A DNA stretch of 63,523 bases, counting the filler, from Cercozoa sp. M6MM (lineage: Eukaryota > Protista > Endomyxa: Ascetosporea): the NCBI GenBank assembly GCA_040357565.1. It is 11 parts of 11 records of this genome, joined end to end, with 100 filler letters (N's around TTAATTAATTAA, not from the genome) between each part and the next. Parts side by side here need not be neighbours in the genome. Positions count along the whole stretch, not along the records: positions 1 to 6,171 come from JBDODJ010000778.1; positions 6,272 to 10,919 come from JBDODJ010001089.1; positions 11,020 to 15,560 come from JBDODJ010001113.1; 8 more parts are not named here. One strand, given 5' to 3'. Position 1 is the first letter of the stretch, and each line of letters starts with the position of its first letter. The notes beneath the pieces were generated by a model that was given only the letters and a program-made list of their open reading frames with translations, made no database searches and was not told where the DNA came from. Positions 1 through 12,796 of this stretch are shown piece after piece. The position numbers and the translations under genes are program-made.

Positions 1-42
<42 letters not shown>
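1..42. repeat. (CA)n microsatellite at contig start
   Basis: Pure CA run. Confidence 0.95.
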
Positions 43-43
<1 letters not shown>

Positions 44-681
44 TAGACATGTGGAGTAAAACCATTCTTCAACTGGCGCATTGCAACTATGACGTCGCGT
101 TCACTCGACACTTCCCAGAAGAGCGGATGCACCGTCATACGCAACTGTGCCTCAGGGAAACGAGGGCAGTAACAAAAAGCTTGGAAGAAGTCAGTCAAAG
201 CTACCTTGTTGCGGATAGGTTTCACGAGATCCGGTTTGACCGGCTCCTGAGGACAAGGAAAATAGCAGATACAAGATTGGTTAAAAAAGGCAAAGAGGCG
301 AAATACGACAGAAACAAACTGCTTAGGTGACTGCTTAAGCGATTGGACGCTACAGGGAAAATAACAAAGAAAACCGCAGGACAGGTGTAAAGGAAGTGGG
401 TACAATTCCTTGGCTACATTAAGCTCGTTGACACGAGAGGCCTGCGAGATGCCACGGTAGAGAAACTGGGGTTTTAAAAAGTAAACAGCACAACGTGGAT
501 CTACCTGGCTTGGGGCAGCCTCGCTGGTGCCATCGAACTCATCGTCTAAAAGAAAAACACGAAATAGATCGACTGAGAAGAGAGGAAACAAGGTACCGGT
601 GTGAGGTGCAACCGACATCCACAGCTTTCTGGTCTCCGCATCAACCTCGCAAATGTCTGCGAAAGTTAAAACAGTGAACAA

Positions 682-762
<81 letters not shown>

Positions 763-1053
763 CTAAGAGCAAGCACCAAACTTGAAGCGCGAATTTAAGT
801 TCTCTGTCACGAGAGACGACGCGAGCTTCGCAAACTCACTCGAGTGCTCCAGGCGCACCTCTACGTCTTGGCCATCGCACTTGTCGACAACGCCATCAAC
901 ACAAAAGAGCAGAGAGTCAAACATACCGGCAATGGTCACCTCGACTACGTTGCTGGCTGCCTCTGAGAATTCAACTATGCCTTTTCCTCATACCAAACAG
1001 ATAGTGTTAAAATTAGCCACCAATATTGCGACTCGTATCGTCGCGACCACATG

Positions 1054-1125
<72 letters not shown>

Positions 1126-2440
1126 CGCATCAAACATTCTCTCCAGCTTTCAGCAAAAACAAACCACGAGTGCTGTCGCTGACGTCCTCGACGACCGGCG
1201 GATCGACAGTTCGGCTCGTCCAGTCGACTCGACCGTTGATCATCTCGACAATCGGCGGCTCGGCGATCACCACGTTACCAAGTTCGCCTTCCTCGAACCC
1301 CCAACCGATTATCTGGTCGTATTGATTGCTGGTGCGTCCTTTTCCAACTACCGGGTTCATCGTGGTGCCACCGTGACTCTGGGTGAGAAGGCACTTGGCA
1401 GGCTTGCCAGCAAAGAACGGCATTATTGCCTCCAGCAGCTACAAAAAGTCAAGTTGCAACAGACCTCAAACACGCCAAGACTCGAGCGAACTCAGACCAT
1501 AGCGTACCTCGCGGTTGGACAACATCGCCTTCGACAATTTGAATTTTCGAGCGAGGTACTTAGCGACCTTGGGGAAGTCATCGCGGCAACGTTCGACAAA
1601 GTTGTGCACGTTGGTCTCTTCGACCATGCTGACGTTTAGGTCCGCGGCAAGCAGAGCGCGGGTGGTCTTTGATCGATCGAAGGCCTACAAAAAACACTAT
1701 TTCCTGGCAAGCGACTATAGATTGACAGCCTTGTCTGTGCCATACCTCAGCAGCGACTATAAAGATCTCAGCAGCGAGCGGAAACAAGAAATCACGCCGT
1801 TCGGACTCGCACTTCCCGTAAGGAGCGTGAAGCGACATGAGAAGAAGCTTCTCTCCGTTTGGGAACTCAAGTTCCCGTTTGAAGAGACGGTGCTTGACGG
1901 TGGAATTTGAACACGCTTCTTCCCACAGGTCGTGCACCTTGATGCCAGAATTCTTTCGCACCAGACAGCACACGACTTCCGCTGTCATCACAAAGACTGT
2001 GAAGCGAAAGAAACACATCGCTCAGGCAAAAGATTTACATCTACTGTGTTTGCTCTTGCCAAGCTTATACACCGGCGATAGGTGCAGGTCGTAGTCCGGG
2101 ACCTTCTTGCCGAGGTACGACAAAACTTCGCGACGCGGTATCACCTCCAAGAGAAGATAAACGAGGGAATTTGTCTTTAGGTATTCGTCGACAAGAGCAT
2201 CGGCTTTACCGCTCTTGATTCTAACGAAAAAAAGCCGTATCTATGCGATGGTGAGAGAGAACTGACAGAATCAAGTATAGTGTGGATGGCTGGCTTACTT
2301 CTCTGGGCCGAGGATCTCGGCATTGTGCAGAGTCACAATGGCATCGTAGAGATGTGATAATCCAAGCGTATCTCGTCCTTCGTCAGACAACGGAACACTG
2401 AGAATGCAGTGATCAGAGGCGTAGATCTTCTTGGATTCAC
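43..2440 (-). CDS. Multi-exon hypothetical protein with a possible EEP (endonuclease/exonuclease/phosphatase)-like domain; start not determined
   Basis: Chain of minus-strand ORF pieces separated by GT-AG introns, two of which hold (TG)n and (CT)n tracts. Motif order LLLEV...SLHAPYG...LLAADLN...YDQII resembles the EEP fold. Ends in ORF 43..681. Confidence 0.4.
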
Positions 2441-2666
2441 TGCAAACCCACAATGCAAAACATATTAAGCGCAAAAAACGAAGACACGCAGAAAAAGCAA
2501 ATAACCCCAAGCCCAACCAACATGCTACACCAAAATGTGGAGCTCTCAACACAAGAACCAGAATGCTGTAGTTTTGGACAGCAAAAGCACAATGTACGGC
2601 ATTTTAAGCAAGAATATATTATTGTTTATTATTTTTAAATGTTTGCAAGAATTTTGTTTTGGTACC

Positions 2667-2812
2667 TTTTTTGTTTTTCCCCGCGTCGAGAGTTTATTTG
2701 GGTGCAAGATGTGATTATGCTGTGTGTGATCTCTCATTGACAGTTATTGTTTTTGTTTTTTGTTTTTCCCCGAGTCGAGTTTATTTGGGTGCAAGATGCG
2801 ATTATGCTGTGT
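2667..2812. repeat. Imperfect ~57-bp direct repeat (2667-2725 and 2756-2812)
   Basis: TTTTTGTTTTTCCCCG..TCGAG..TTTATTTGGGTGCAAGATGYGATTATGCTGTGT occurs twice. Confidence 0.9.
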
Positions 2813-3279
2813 TTGGGCCGCGATTCTTTCCTCCTGCGATTTGATTGTATTGTCATTTGAACAAACCATTCGTACTTTACATCGTCGCAGTATGCTCGCG
2901 ACAAACGGACCTGCTCGCAATGCGCAACTGAAAGCGGCACCGAAATTGAAAAGTATCAGAATTGCAGTCCTGGGCAAGATCTAGCACCCTGTGAAGGCAT
3001 GTCGCCCATATTGTGCCTGTCAAGCGAGTTGATTTCTCTAAATGTTTGACTTTTCGATAAACAATCCTGCGGCGGAGCGCCGCCAGGACTGAGTTCGGAT
3101 TTGGATGGCCTTACCCCATGCGCCAAGTGGGCGACGGCCATCCGCCTTTGACCCATAGATCCGGAGGACTGTCGTGTTTGTTCCTCCAATTAACAACACA
3201 CAATTGCAGACACCACACGACAGACGAGGACATTCAGCTGCAGCTTCGCTGTAGGAAATTATCTGCTATGCGATGCGAG

Positions 3280-4589
3280 TTAATCCTCCTTGTTATCGTC
3301 GGCATCGCCGGTGCCGGCGGATGAAGCGAGACGCGCCACGACGTCGGCGTCGAGCTGGCACAGGCGCAGCGTGGCGTCGTCAGCGTCGCGCAGCAGCGCG
3401 CGACTGCGAACGAGGACTTCGGTGCTGACATCCTGCGCGTCGTCGTCGCTGCCGAGTGCTTCGACGGTCTGCAGCACGCCAAAGCTCGCGCGCAGGTTGA
3501 CACGCGACTCGAGCGACAGCGACTGCAAAAAGTAACGCAGCGCGAGTCGCTTCTCGCTCTTACTGCTTCTGCGGGCGTGAATTTCGGCCAGTTGCAGGTG
3601 CGACAAGTAGTCTTCCGGACGCAACAGCACAAGCTACACGCGGAACATTCAAAATACGAGTCAAAGCAAATCAAACCAAAGGTTGTAACTACCTCCTCAG
3701 CACAGAACTGCGCGTGCGCGAGTGATTCGTTGTCTTCGTTGCCAGCATGGGCCAGATGCAGGTGCAACAGCTGCTGCCATGCGTCAGCATCAGCAGCAAA
3801 AACAGCAACGTGCTCGTTCAGTGTCTGGACAGCTTGCGAGACCTTGTTCTGCCCAAAGCGTGTACTTAATAAACCAAACACAACACAAGTGAAAGCGTAC
3901 CTGTGCAAGCAACACAGCGACGATTCGGTGTCTTGCCACCAAGTTTGCATCCTCTTCGTCCAGAACCTATCCACAAATTGGACAGTCAATGAGAAAGCAA
4001 AAAAGAAAAAGCTGAAGCTACCTGCTGATACAGCTGCACAGCGCTCCGGTTGTCACCACGAGCTTCGGCCAGCATGCCCTCCAACACGCGTGCACTACTG
4101 CATGTCGTTCCAATCAGTCGCTGGAACTCAGTGATGAACGTGCTCGCTGCCGAAACAAGCAGATAACACAGAAACACACCTCCGCGCGGATACGAAAAAT
4201 ACCAGCTTCAATGTCGACATGAACAGCGGCGTGAGCAGCTTGTTCCAACAACTGAGCGCCTGCAAACAAACGTTTTAAAGACCTAAGTTATCAAGTAAAC
4301 ATAAAATGATACGCTCCAACTTTGACAATGAGGCGTGTTTCAGCACGTGCCTAGCAAAACGAAACTGGAAGAGCGAAAGAAATGCGGAACTCATGGTACT
4401 CTGCATGCTTCACAGTGAGTTCAGGCTCGTTCACACGAAACTGTTTTAGCAGCTGCAAAAGCTCCTGACTGACCGCGACGCTCGGCGACTGTCGTGCCAG
4501 CTCTGCCACCCGTGACTCTGAACAACAGTGATACAATAAATAGTATCGCAAGACATGGACTTCCAGCAAACAAATGTACCAGCGAGCAT
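3280..4589 (-). CDS. EMC2: ER membrane complex subunit 2 (TPR protein TTC35)
   Basis: Spliced exons give MLAESRVAEL..., ARVLEGMLAEARG, FAADADAWQQL, AQFCAEE, HLQLAEI, ALRYFLQSLSL..NLRASFG, matching the EMC2 pattern. Confidence 0.85.
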
Positions 4590-4825
4590 TGCGATATTAA
4601 AGCAAAGGTGTACTCAAAACAAGCACACACGCAGGCACACCAACAGCGTCACGTAGATTGGATGGTCAAAACTTGATACTGGAAATTCAACATCCAACCT
4701 CCAGAAGATGAATGATGATTTCTGAGAATCTAAACTGACGAGGTAAATTAAAGTAGGAGTGTTTAGCAAGCTTGTATCGAGTGGTTTCTAAGCTTTTATG
4801 AAAAGCAAAAATCTTCCTTAATTAG

Positions 4826-5279
4826 TCAACCGCCGTGCAGCGTCGAAATAAACACGACCGTGTCACCAGTATTGACGGTGGCATCAAGACCGCCCTCCAG
4901 TTCCCAGTCAGCGTCGTTGATCAACACAAGAATACCGGGACAGCTGCGACAAAAGCACAGTGAGTAGTCACTTCACCGAGAAAGATCAACCGAAACGTAC
5001 ACCGAATCATCCTGCACGAACAACTCCGGTCGCTCTTGCAGCAGGTTCTGCCGCAGGTAGTCGATCAATTCTCGCATCGAGATCGTGTCATCACTCCCTG
5101 CAGCAGCGTAGTATCGTAATGCAGATTTCATACAGCAGGAAGGTACGATCAATCTGCAGAGTGTGCTGCTTCTGGTTGCCGAAAAGCAACTCGAGACCAC
5201 CGCTGAACAAAACAAAAAATCGCACTCAAATTCTGATAGCTTGATCATCATACTCAAACTCGACCGCTAACTCTAACAT
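4826..5279 (-). CDS. URM1: Ubiquitin-related modifier 1
   Basis: Four exons (three GT-AG introns) give [17 protein letters not shown]...[29 protein letters not shown]...FISTLHGG*. Confidence 0.97.
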
Positions 5280-5416
5280 GGTAGTCACTCACAAAGGCAC
5301 ACAGTGAGCAATCTGGGACCTGGTGTCTCAGAGCGCGCGGAAAACAATAAGATTTCAAAACAGCAACCGTAGCCGCCTAATGTGACACACCACAAGCGGC
5401 CTGGCGCTAATCCACG

Positions 5417-6123
5417 ATGTTCTTGCAGAAGCACATCCATAGACTGGGCCTTAGAGCGTGCCAAGGTCAGTTGCATACTAAAAAATTGAATTCTTGCTGT
5501 AGCCTGGGTCAGGCAGCATCCAGGCGCGCTCCCCGAGACCCACCGCAACGTGTTATGCTATTTTATGCTCGTGTGCAGGCGCGCGCTCTGCTTCGGCGCT
5601 GACGTCGGCTGGATCGTCGCAGGATCCGCTGAACGCGCCGCTGTTTGTCGGTGGCGGTCGCAGCAGTGACTCTGGCATCAACGCCGTCGTCTTCGGCGCC
5701 ACTGGTTTCATCGGTCGTCATGTATGTTGTCACTTTCGCTCGCTATGTCCTGGCTAAAACGCTTTGAAACCGTTGCAATTGCTTTTGCTTTCGAGTCAAT
5801 GCAAAGCGTTGTGTGCTTTCGCGAAAGCAGAAGCTGCTCTGTGCGAAACTAAACGAGATTCGTGTTTTCTGCGCAGGTTGTGAACGCTCTCGGTCGCATC
5901 GGTTCGCAGGTGAGCTTGCTTTCGCTTCATCTCGTGCGTGGGTGGGTGGATATAGCTTGTGGGTATGCAGGTTGTGGTGCCGACGCGTCGCAACGACGAC
6001 TACACGGTCAAGTCGCTGCGGTTGATGGGTGATCTGGGCCAGGTGATCCCGGTGTTTGTGGACTACCACGATCCCGACTCTGTGCGTGCTGCCATCGAGG
6101 GCTCTGACGTCGTTATCAACCTG
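5417..6123 (+). CDS. NDUFA9: Complex I 39-kDa subunit, 5' part (cut by contig end)
   Basis: Presequence-like MFLQKHIHRLGLR, then GGRSSDSGINAVVFGATGFIGRH, LGRIGSQ, LRLMGDLGQ, SDVVINL. Confidence 0.95.
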
Positions 6124-6138
6124 GTATGTTGTTGGGTT

Positions 6139-6171
<33 letters not shown>

Positions 6172-6271
6172 NNNNNNNNNNNNNNNNNNNNNNNNNNNNN
6201 NNNNNNNNNNNNNNNTTAATTAATTAANNNNNNNNNNNNNNNNNNNNNNNNNNNNNNNNNNNNNNNNNNNN
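6172..6271. other. Artificial contig-join spacer (N-TTAATTAATTAA-N)
   Basis: Identical 100-nt spacers also at 10920-11019, 15561-15660, 19611-19710, 22700-22799, 25039-25138, 32315-32414, 35149-35248, 40635-40734 and 59802-59901. The 12-mer gives stops in all six frames. Plain N gaps lie at 9805-9904 and 13436-13445. Confidence 0.98.
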
Positions 6272-6313
<42 letters not shown>

Positions 6314-6347
6314 CATCGTGGGAGTAAATGGGGCAAAGCAAGGGTAC

Positions 6348-8669
6348 CGTGCGGTCGAAGCACGCGGCCAGGATGGAGGCCTCGGAGGCCAGCGAGCCCG
6401 GCTGCGGCGGCGAGTCGGCCTCCTGGAACATGTACCCGGTGGACCAGTCGAAGAGTCGCAGTTTGCCGACGTCGGTGCCGACGGCCATGACGCCGTCGTC
6501 GTTGATGGCCAGAGCGTTCTTCACGCCGATTGGCATGTTCACGTTGCGCAGGAACACGCCTGGACGGGTAGGGATAGATGTAGGGTAGGTACAGGGGTAA
6601 AGGTAGGGTAGGTACAGGGGTAAAGGTAGGGATATAGAGCCAGGGGTACAGGTGGAGATATATAGGCAGGGGTATACATGTAGGGGTGTATAGGCAGGGG
6701 TATATACGTAGGGATATAGGTGGGGGTATATACGTAGAGGCATATAGGTAGGGGTATATACGCAGGGGTATATAGGTGGGGTAGTACCATCGGGACACTG
6801 CCAGACCTTGACGTTGTCGGTACTGGCCGATGCGAAAGTGTACTCCTGCGGGTTCCACGCCAGTGCGCGCACACTCTGTACAGACACACAAGAGAAGGAC
6901 ATACAGGGGGACATACACAGGACACCTCAGGGACATGGTAGCACACACATACCTTCTTGTGATGCGTCAGCACAGTGCGCGTCTTGCCCTTGCGCAAATC
7001 CCACAGACGCACGTGCGCGTCTGCTGCACCCGACACAAGTTGCTGCACAAGGGTAGGGGTAAGGAAATGGGGGTAAGGGGTAAAAAGGGGTAAAAGGGGT
7101 AAAGTAGCAAGAGGTACCGGTTCGGTACTCTGCATCAGGATGGAGAGAACGTCGCCTCGGTGACCCTGTGTGTACACAAGTGTACCATACAGAGGGACTA
7201 CAGGTGGTAAGCTAAACACGTACAGTCAGTGTGTAGATTTGCTTGCGCTGACGCACATCCCAGACGTGCACAGCGGCATCTCGACCACCTGGGGAGGGAG
7301 GGTGGGGAGGGTAAAGTAGGGTAGGGTAGGGTAGGGTAGGGTAGGGTAGGGTAGGTAGGGAGGGCAGGGTAGGGAGGGTAGGGTAGGTAGGTAGGGTAGG
7401 GTAGGGAGGTAGGGTAAGGGAGCATACCAGTGGCAATGATGTCGAGGTCGGGGTGCACACCGAGAGCGTAGACGCCGCTCAGGTGGCCGTGGTACGTACG
7501 TGCGCACTGGTTGGTCTCGAGGTCCCAACAGATGACCTTCTTGTCCTCACCGGCCGAGAACAGGTACGGCCGCTTGGTCGACACCTATCCACACAGAGAA
7601 TAGGAGGGATGTCCGCGCGGACAGCCTCTCGAGCTCAAGCGTACCTTGACCGCGCGGACAGTGTGCGTGTGACCCACAAAGGTCATCTTGAGCTGGCCAC
7701 TTGCCAGATCCCAGAACTTCACGGTTCGGTCCGCCGCACCTGCAAGGGCATGGGATGGAGTAAGAGGGGTAAGGGGTAAGACGAGGTAAGGAGGTAAGAG
7801 GGGGTAAGAGGGGAGAGAGGGTAAGGGGGGAGAGGGGGTAAGAGGGGTAAAGTACCGGTGGCGAACCACTCGTTGCTGACGTCGACATCGACACAGCGCA
7901 CCCAGCCCTGGTGACCGGCCAGCACACTGCGGATGCGCCACGGCGCGTGCCATCTGCGTCGAACACAAACAACACATCGCTCGCTGACCAGCCTTGGCCC
8001 CTACCTACTCCCTTTACCCCCCCCCCTCCCCAACGCACCTGGGCTTCTCGGCGTCGCGTGCGCGCATCTTGCCGCTCAGCGGGTCCACCGGCAGATTGAT
8101 CAGAGCGACCGACTCGCCGTCCATCGTGCCTAAGGCCCATGTCCAGATGTACACACGTCCTATGGAATCAAGCCAATCAATATACCCGGCTCTTCGGCCG
8201 CAGCGACGGCTGGTGCCTCGCTCGGAGTCGCCGCAGCAGTCGCAGTCTCTGGCGCCGGCAGTGCCAGTCGCTGCGCGCTCTTCGCGGCCTCGATCAGCGC
8301 CGTTTCGCGCTTCGTCGCTGCAAAACTCGATAATTTTCGCAGTATTCCTCGCCAAAGCCAAAGCAGAAATCACTCAAAAGCCCACTCAAAAGCTCACTCA
8401 AAAGCTCACTCAAAAGCTCACCAAAAGCTCACTCGAAACACCAGCAAAGCAAAATGAAAGAACGCAATAGCACGCGAAACAAACGCAAGCTACACGAAAC
8501 TACCTCGAACTGCTGCTTCACGCTCACGCACGTGTCCGAAACGCGCCTGTTCGAGCACTCTGGCGCGCACCGACGCTGCCGACGGCTTGGGCACCTGGTC
8601 ATAATCACTCGCGAAGAAGACTGACGTCTCCAAGGCATGCCGTTGCAGCGCTGCTGACGGTGACACCAT
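6348..8669 (-). CDS. PLRG1: Pleiotropic regulator 1 / Prp46 WD40 splicing factor (3' end cut)
   Basis: [24 protein letters not shown]...[24 protein letters not shown]...[20 protein letters not shown]...YHGHLSGVY...LTHHKKSVRAL...[13 protein letters not shown]. Confidence 0.96.
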
Positions 8670-8985
8670 CCTAGACTGTTCACAGCACAGCCACACACCT
8701 CTAGTCTCGGTGAGACTGGGAAAAGTAGGAGCCCATTCGGTACGAGCCGATTTTGCTGGAAGAGCCGATGCCGGGGAAGAAACAGAAGACTGAGGTCAAC
8801 AGGCATTCAACAGAGCTCACGCACGACGTAATTGACATAGTGTACGAGCGGATCAGTTGACAGGGTACAATAATTGTCATGCCGTAGGTGGAGAGTCATG
8901 TATTTGGTGTGCTTTGGGTGTTTGGCCTGCCTGCGCTGCTTTGCGTGTGTCCTGGTTTAAATGAGACAACGTACGATGTGCATAG

Positions 8986-10893
8986 ATGCCATACGTGCCA
9001 CCGCACCGGCGCAAGCAGCAGTCGGCCGTGTCAGAGTCGTCGATTTCGTCGTCGCGATTCGCGCCGAGCGGACGCAGCACGGGCACGAGCACGACGAGTT
9101 CGCGTCCGCGCACGCAGCGTTTCCCCTCCGGTGATGTGCGTTCGCGCGGACCGCCGTCTGACGCACCACGTCCGCGCGGCCGTGGTGACCGCTTCGGTCC
9201 CAAGGGCTTCCTGGGCGACGCCGACAAGGTGGACGCGCTGCCGCTACCGGAGCACCTGCTAGAACTCATCGAGTGCGGCTGGGACCGCGACCTCGTGCGC
9301 GAGCGGCAGCAGGAGCGATCGGAGGAGACAGAAGGTACCACTCTGAGTAGCACACGTGACTGTCCCTTGTGTCTCTGGTGACTGGAGTGATCATCGCTTG
9401 CTGATGCAGAGGACATGTTCGAACCCGATGCGTCGAGTATCTTCATGCGCGAGTGTGACAAGGCCTTCACGTCCTACCTGGCTGAGGTGCCTCTCTCTTG
9501 TCCTTTATCCCCCATCCCTTTATCCCCATCCCTTTATCCCCATCCCTTTACCCCATCCCCTTTACCCAATACCCTATACCATCCTTTTTATCCCCATCCC
9601 CTTTACCCCTCCCCCTGGTGGTTGACAGGGCTCGCCCGTGTTTCTGGACTGTCTGGTGGAGAAGCATCACTTTGGCGCCGACTCAATGAACGATCGTTTC
9701 TTCGACTCGGCCTCCAACGCCGTGTTCTGGTAGTTGCCCCCTCACTCCTGTACCCCATCCGCGGCCGGGGCCGGGGGGGGGGTAGGGAGGGGCGGGATCA
9801 AGCCNNNNNNNNNNNNNNNNNNNNNNNNNNNNNNNNNNNNNNNNNNNNNNNNNNNNNNNNNNNNNNNNNNNNNNNNNNNNNNNNNNNNNNNNNNNNNNNN
9901 NNNNCCAGGGATCGTCGCGCCAAGGCGGCCGAGCACAACAACGACGAGAAGAGCGACGAGAAACTCGCACTCGCGCAGTCGCACCGACAGCAGGAACGGT
10001 ACCAAACAGTGATCGCACGTGTCACTCAGCACACCCAGTGTCACTGATCGGTGTCACGTGGGGCACTCTACGGTCCCTTATCAAACAACATGGTTTGTGC
10101 AGTCGCAATCCAACTCGCGAAAGGCACCGCAAGCGCGAGCCGTTCCAACTGTACCTTTTGTACATACTCACATTGCTGTACATGTTGTACTGCGTATGGA
10201 CGGGACAGGTTGGACCAAGAGGGACTCAAATGGGCCGACTACGAGCAACCGCGCTGGCTCAAGAAGGTACACCTGTCTCTGTACCCACTGTGTCCCGACT
10301 CGAATCAACACTGGTAGTACAAGAGGGAGATGGAGAACATCAACGACGCGCAGGCTCTCATTATCGTAGTCTTACCCCATTGCCCCTCATACCCCTTATA
10401 CCCCTTATACCCCCTCCCCCTCCCCCGTACCCCTTATACCCCCTTCCCCGTACCCCTTATACCGCCCATACCCCTTGTACCCCGTAGCCCGGCAAGATCC
10501 GTCGGTTTGGCGACGTGTGCTGCGCGCCGGGCGGTTTCTCGGCGTGGCTGCTGGACCACCTGCCGGATGAGGTGTGCGGCCACGGCGTCACGATCAGCGA
10601 GGATCCGCCCGAGGATGCTGCCGAGACAGGCACGCGCGGCGGCTTCCAGATGATGCTGCCGAACTGCGACCGCTTCCGCTTCGAGTATCGCGACGTGACG
10701 GACCGGCCGCACGAGATCGAGTTCCACGGCGGCCTTCACCGCTGTGACTTTGTCGTCTGCGATGGCAACATTCTGGTACAGGGACAAGTCCATTTGCACC
10801 GATGTGTCTGTCTGGACTAACGTGTGAGTGTAGACGCATCGCGACAAGAACAGCGACGATGTGCCGTCGGAATTGCGTCGTCGTATTCCGCAG
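8986..10893 (+). CDS. FtsJ/RrmJ-like SAM-dependent methyltransferase-domain protein (partial, internal gap)
   Basis: N-terminal MPYVPPHRR and an RG-rich segment; later FGDVCCAPGGFSAWLL (FtsJ-type D-x-x-x-APGG motif) and CDFVVCDG. Confidence 0.7.
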
Positions 10894-11019
10894 GTATCGC
10901 TGTTTTTACCCCCCCCCCCNNNNNNNNNNNNNNNNNNNNNNNNNNNNNNNNNNNNNNNNNNNNTTAATTAATTAANNNNNNNNNNNNNNNNNNNNNNNNN
11001 NNNNNNNNNNNNNNNNNNN

Positions 11020-11079
<60 letters not shown>

Positions 11080-11087
11080 GGCATTAC

Positions 11088-12560
11088 AGCAAGGCCGACA
11101 CCGACAGATCTGAAGGCACCGGGTTGCTTTGAGAACTCTTTCATGGCCACTAAGCACGCAAGAAACGAATGTGCAGAAAGGTAGAAACGGGGCAACAGAA
11201 AGAACGGGTACAACGGTGTACTTGATCGATTCGCTTGGTCAGCGACGCTCTGCTGTTTCTACAGTGATCAAGACAATATCTTCAGATACATAGTACGTCA
11301 CGACAGTGTATGATTACAGCAGCGAGTGCGGCAACGCGCACGTTTTGGTGTGTCGCTGTGTCGACGTGTTGCCCATCAAGATCAACTGCTGCGGTATTCG
11401 TTTGTAGCTGCCCTCCACATCCTCATATCGAACAATCCACTGCAGGCAGTAGTGCGTGCAACCAAAGGAACAGAGCTACCGCTTGCGATCAGTGTCCAAC
11501 CGCAGTACCAACTCGGCACACAGCGGACGCATCACCTACAGTTACCCAGTTGAATATGAAAAAAAACAGAAACAACACTGTCAGTCAGTCAATGTAGGAA
11601 GGATTACTTTTGCCAACTCAGACATGTCGCTGACGCCGCCTCTCCGCAGGTTCTAGTGGACACGTGTGTATAAATAATTTATGTGTGAACAATAGAATGT
11701 GAACAATATAATTTGAATAATGTGATGTCAACAATATAATGTGAACAATATAATGAGAACTAAATGTGAACAATCTAATGTGAATAATGTGATGTAAACA
11801 ATAATGTGAAGAATGAAACCAAGATGGTAGAGCCCATCGTACCGTGGTGCTGCAAAAGCGTCGCGTGGAATCGACGCACTTCACAGGCTCTTCATCTGCC
11901 CTCGACATAAATGAGCAGAATACCACACACCTCTCACTGAGAGGCGTATTGTTGTGTGCTACCAATGCCATGCGCCATCTGCCACAAGAAGGTGGCACCA
12001 CGCAGTCGCCTGTTCTGCATGCTTTCCTGCACAGCGCGTATTCATGGCTAAATTTATAGATCCATATATATATATATATATATATATCTATATATCCATA
12101 TATCCATATATATATATCTATATATCCATATATATCTATATATCCATATATATATATATCTATATATCTAAATACTAAGAAAAAGAACTGAGAGTCTACT
12201 GTGAGAGCATCGAGCGACGCGAACTTTTGCCGAACTTGGCCAAACTTTTGCAAACCAAGTTCAGCACACACTGTTGCGCCCCTGGAAACACACCAGGCCT
12301 TAGTGTTATTACCTCCAAGAAACACAAAGGAGGAGCGGTACCACTTGCCTCCGAAACCTTGGACATCGGTGATGTGCATGTCATCCATCACACTCTGCAC
12401 ACTGCCGGGTGGCACCTGACATTGTCACAAAGGTGTGAGATTCCTGACTACATTAACTTGTGGACACACAGACAGTACCACGGTTTGACCGTTGGGCTTC
12501 TCCCATCTGTACGGACACACATAGATCTCTCTCAACACACACACATACACACACACACAT

Positions 12561-12591
<31 letters not shown>

Positions 12592-12720
12592 TATATATAC
12601 ACACACACACAGACACACATATATATATATACACACACACACACATATATATATATACACACAGACACACATATATATATATACACACACACACATATAT
12701 ATATACACACACAGACACAC

Positions 12721-12796
<76 letters not shown>

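Noticed and set aside
1040-1185. Non-canonical intron that would create an SD|H EEP motif
   Set aside because: It needs an AG donor; a canonical GT-AG path exists and keeps the downstream frame open.
6216-6227. Recurrent TTAATTAATTAA as a biological motif
   Set aside because: Always centred in identical N spacers; a six-frame-stop linker added when contigs were concatenated. Gene adjacency across these joins is meaningless.
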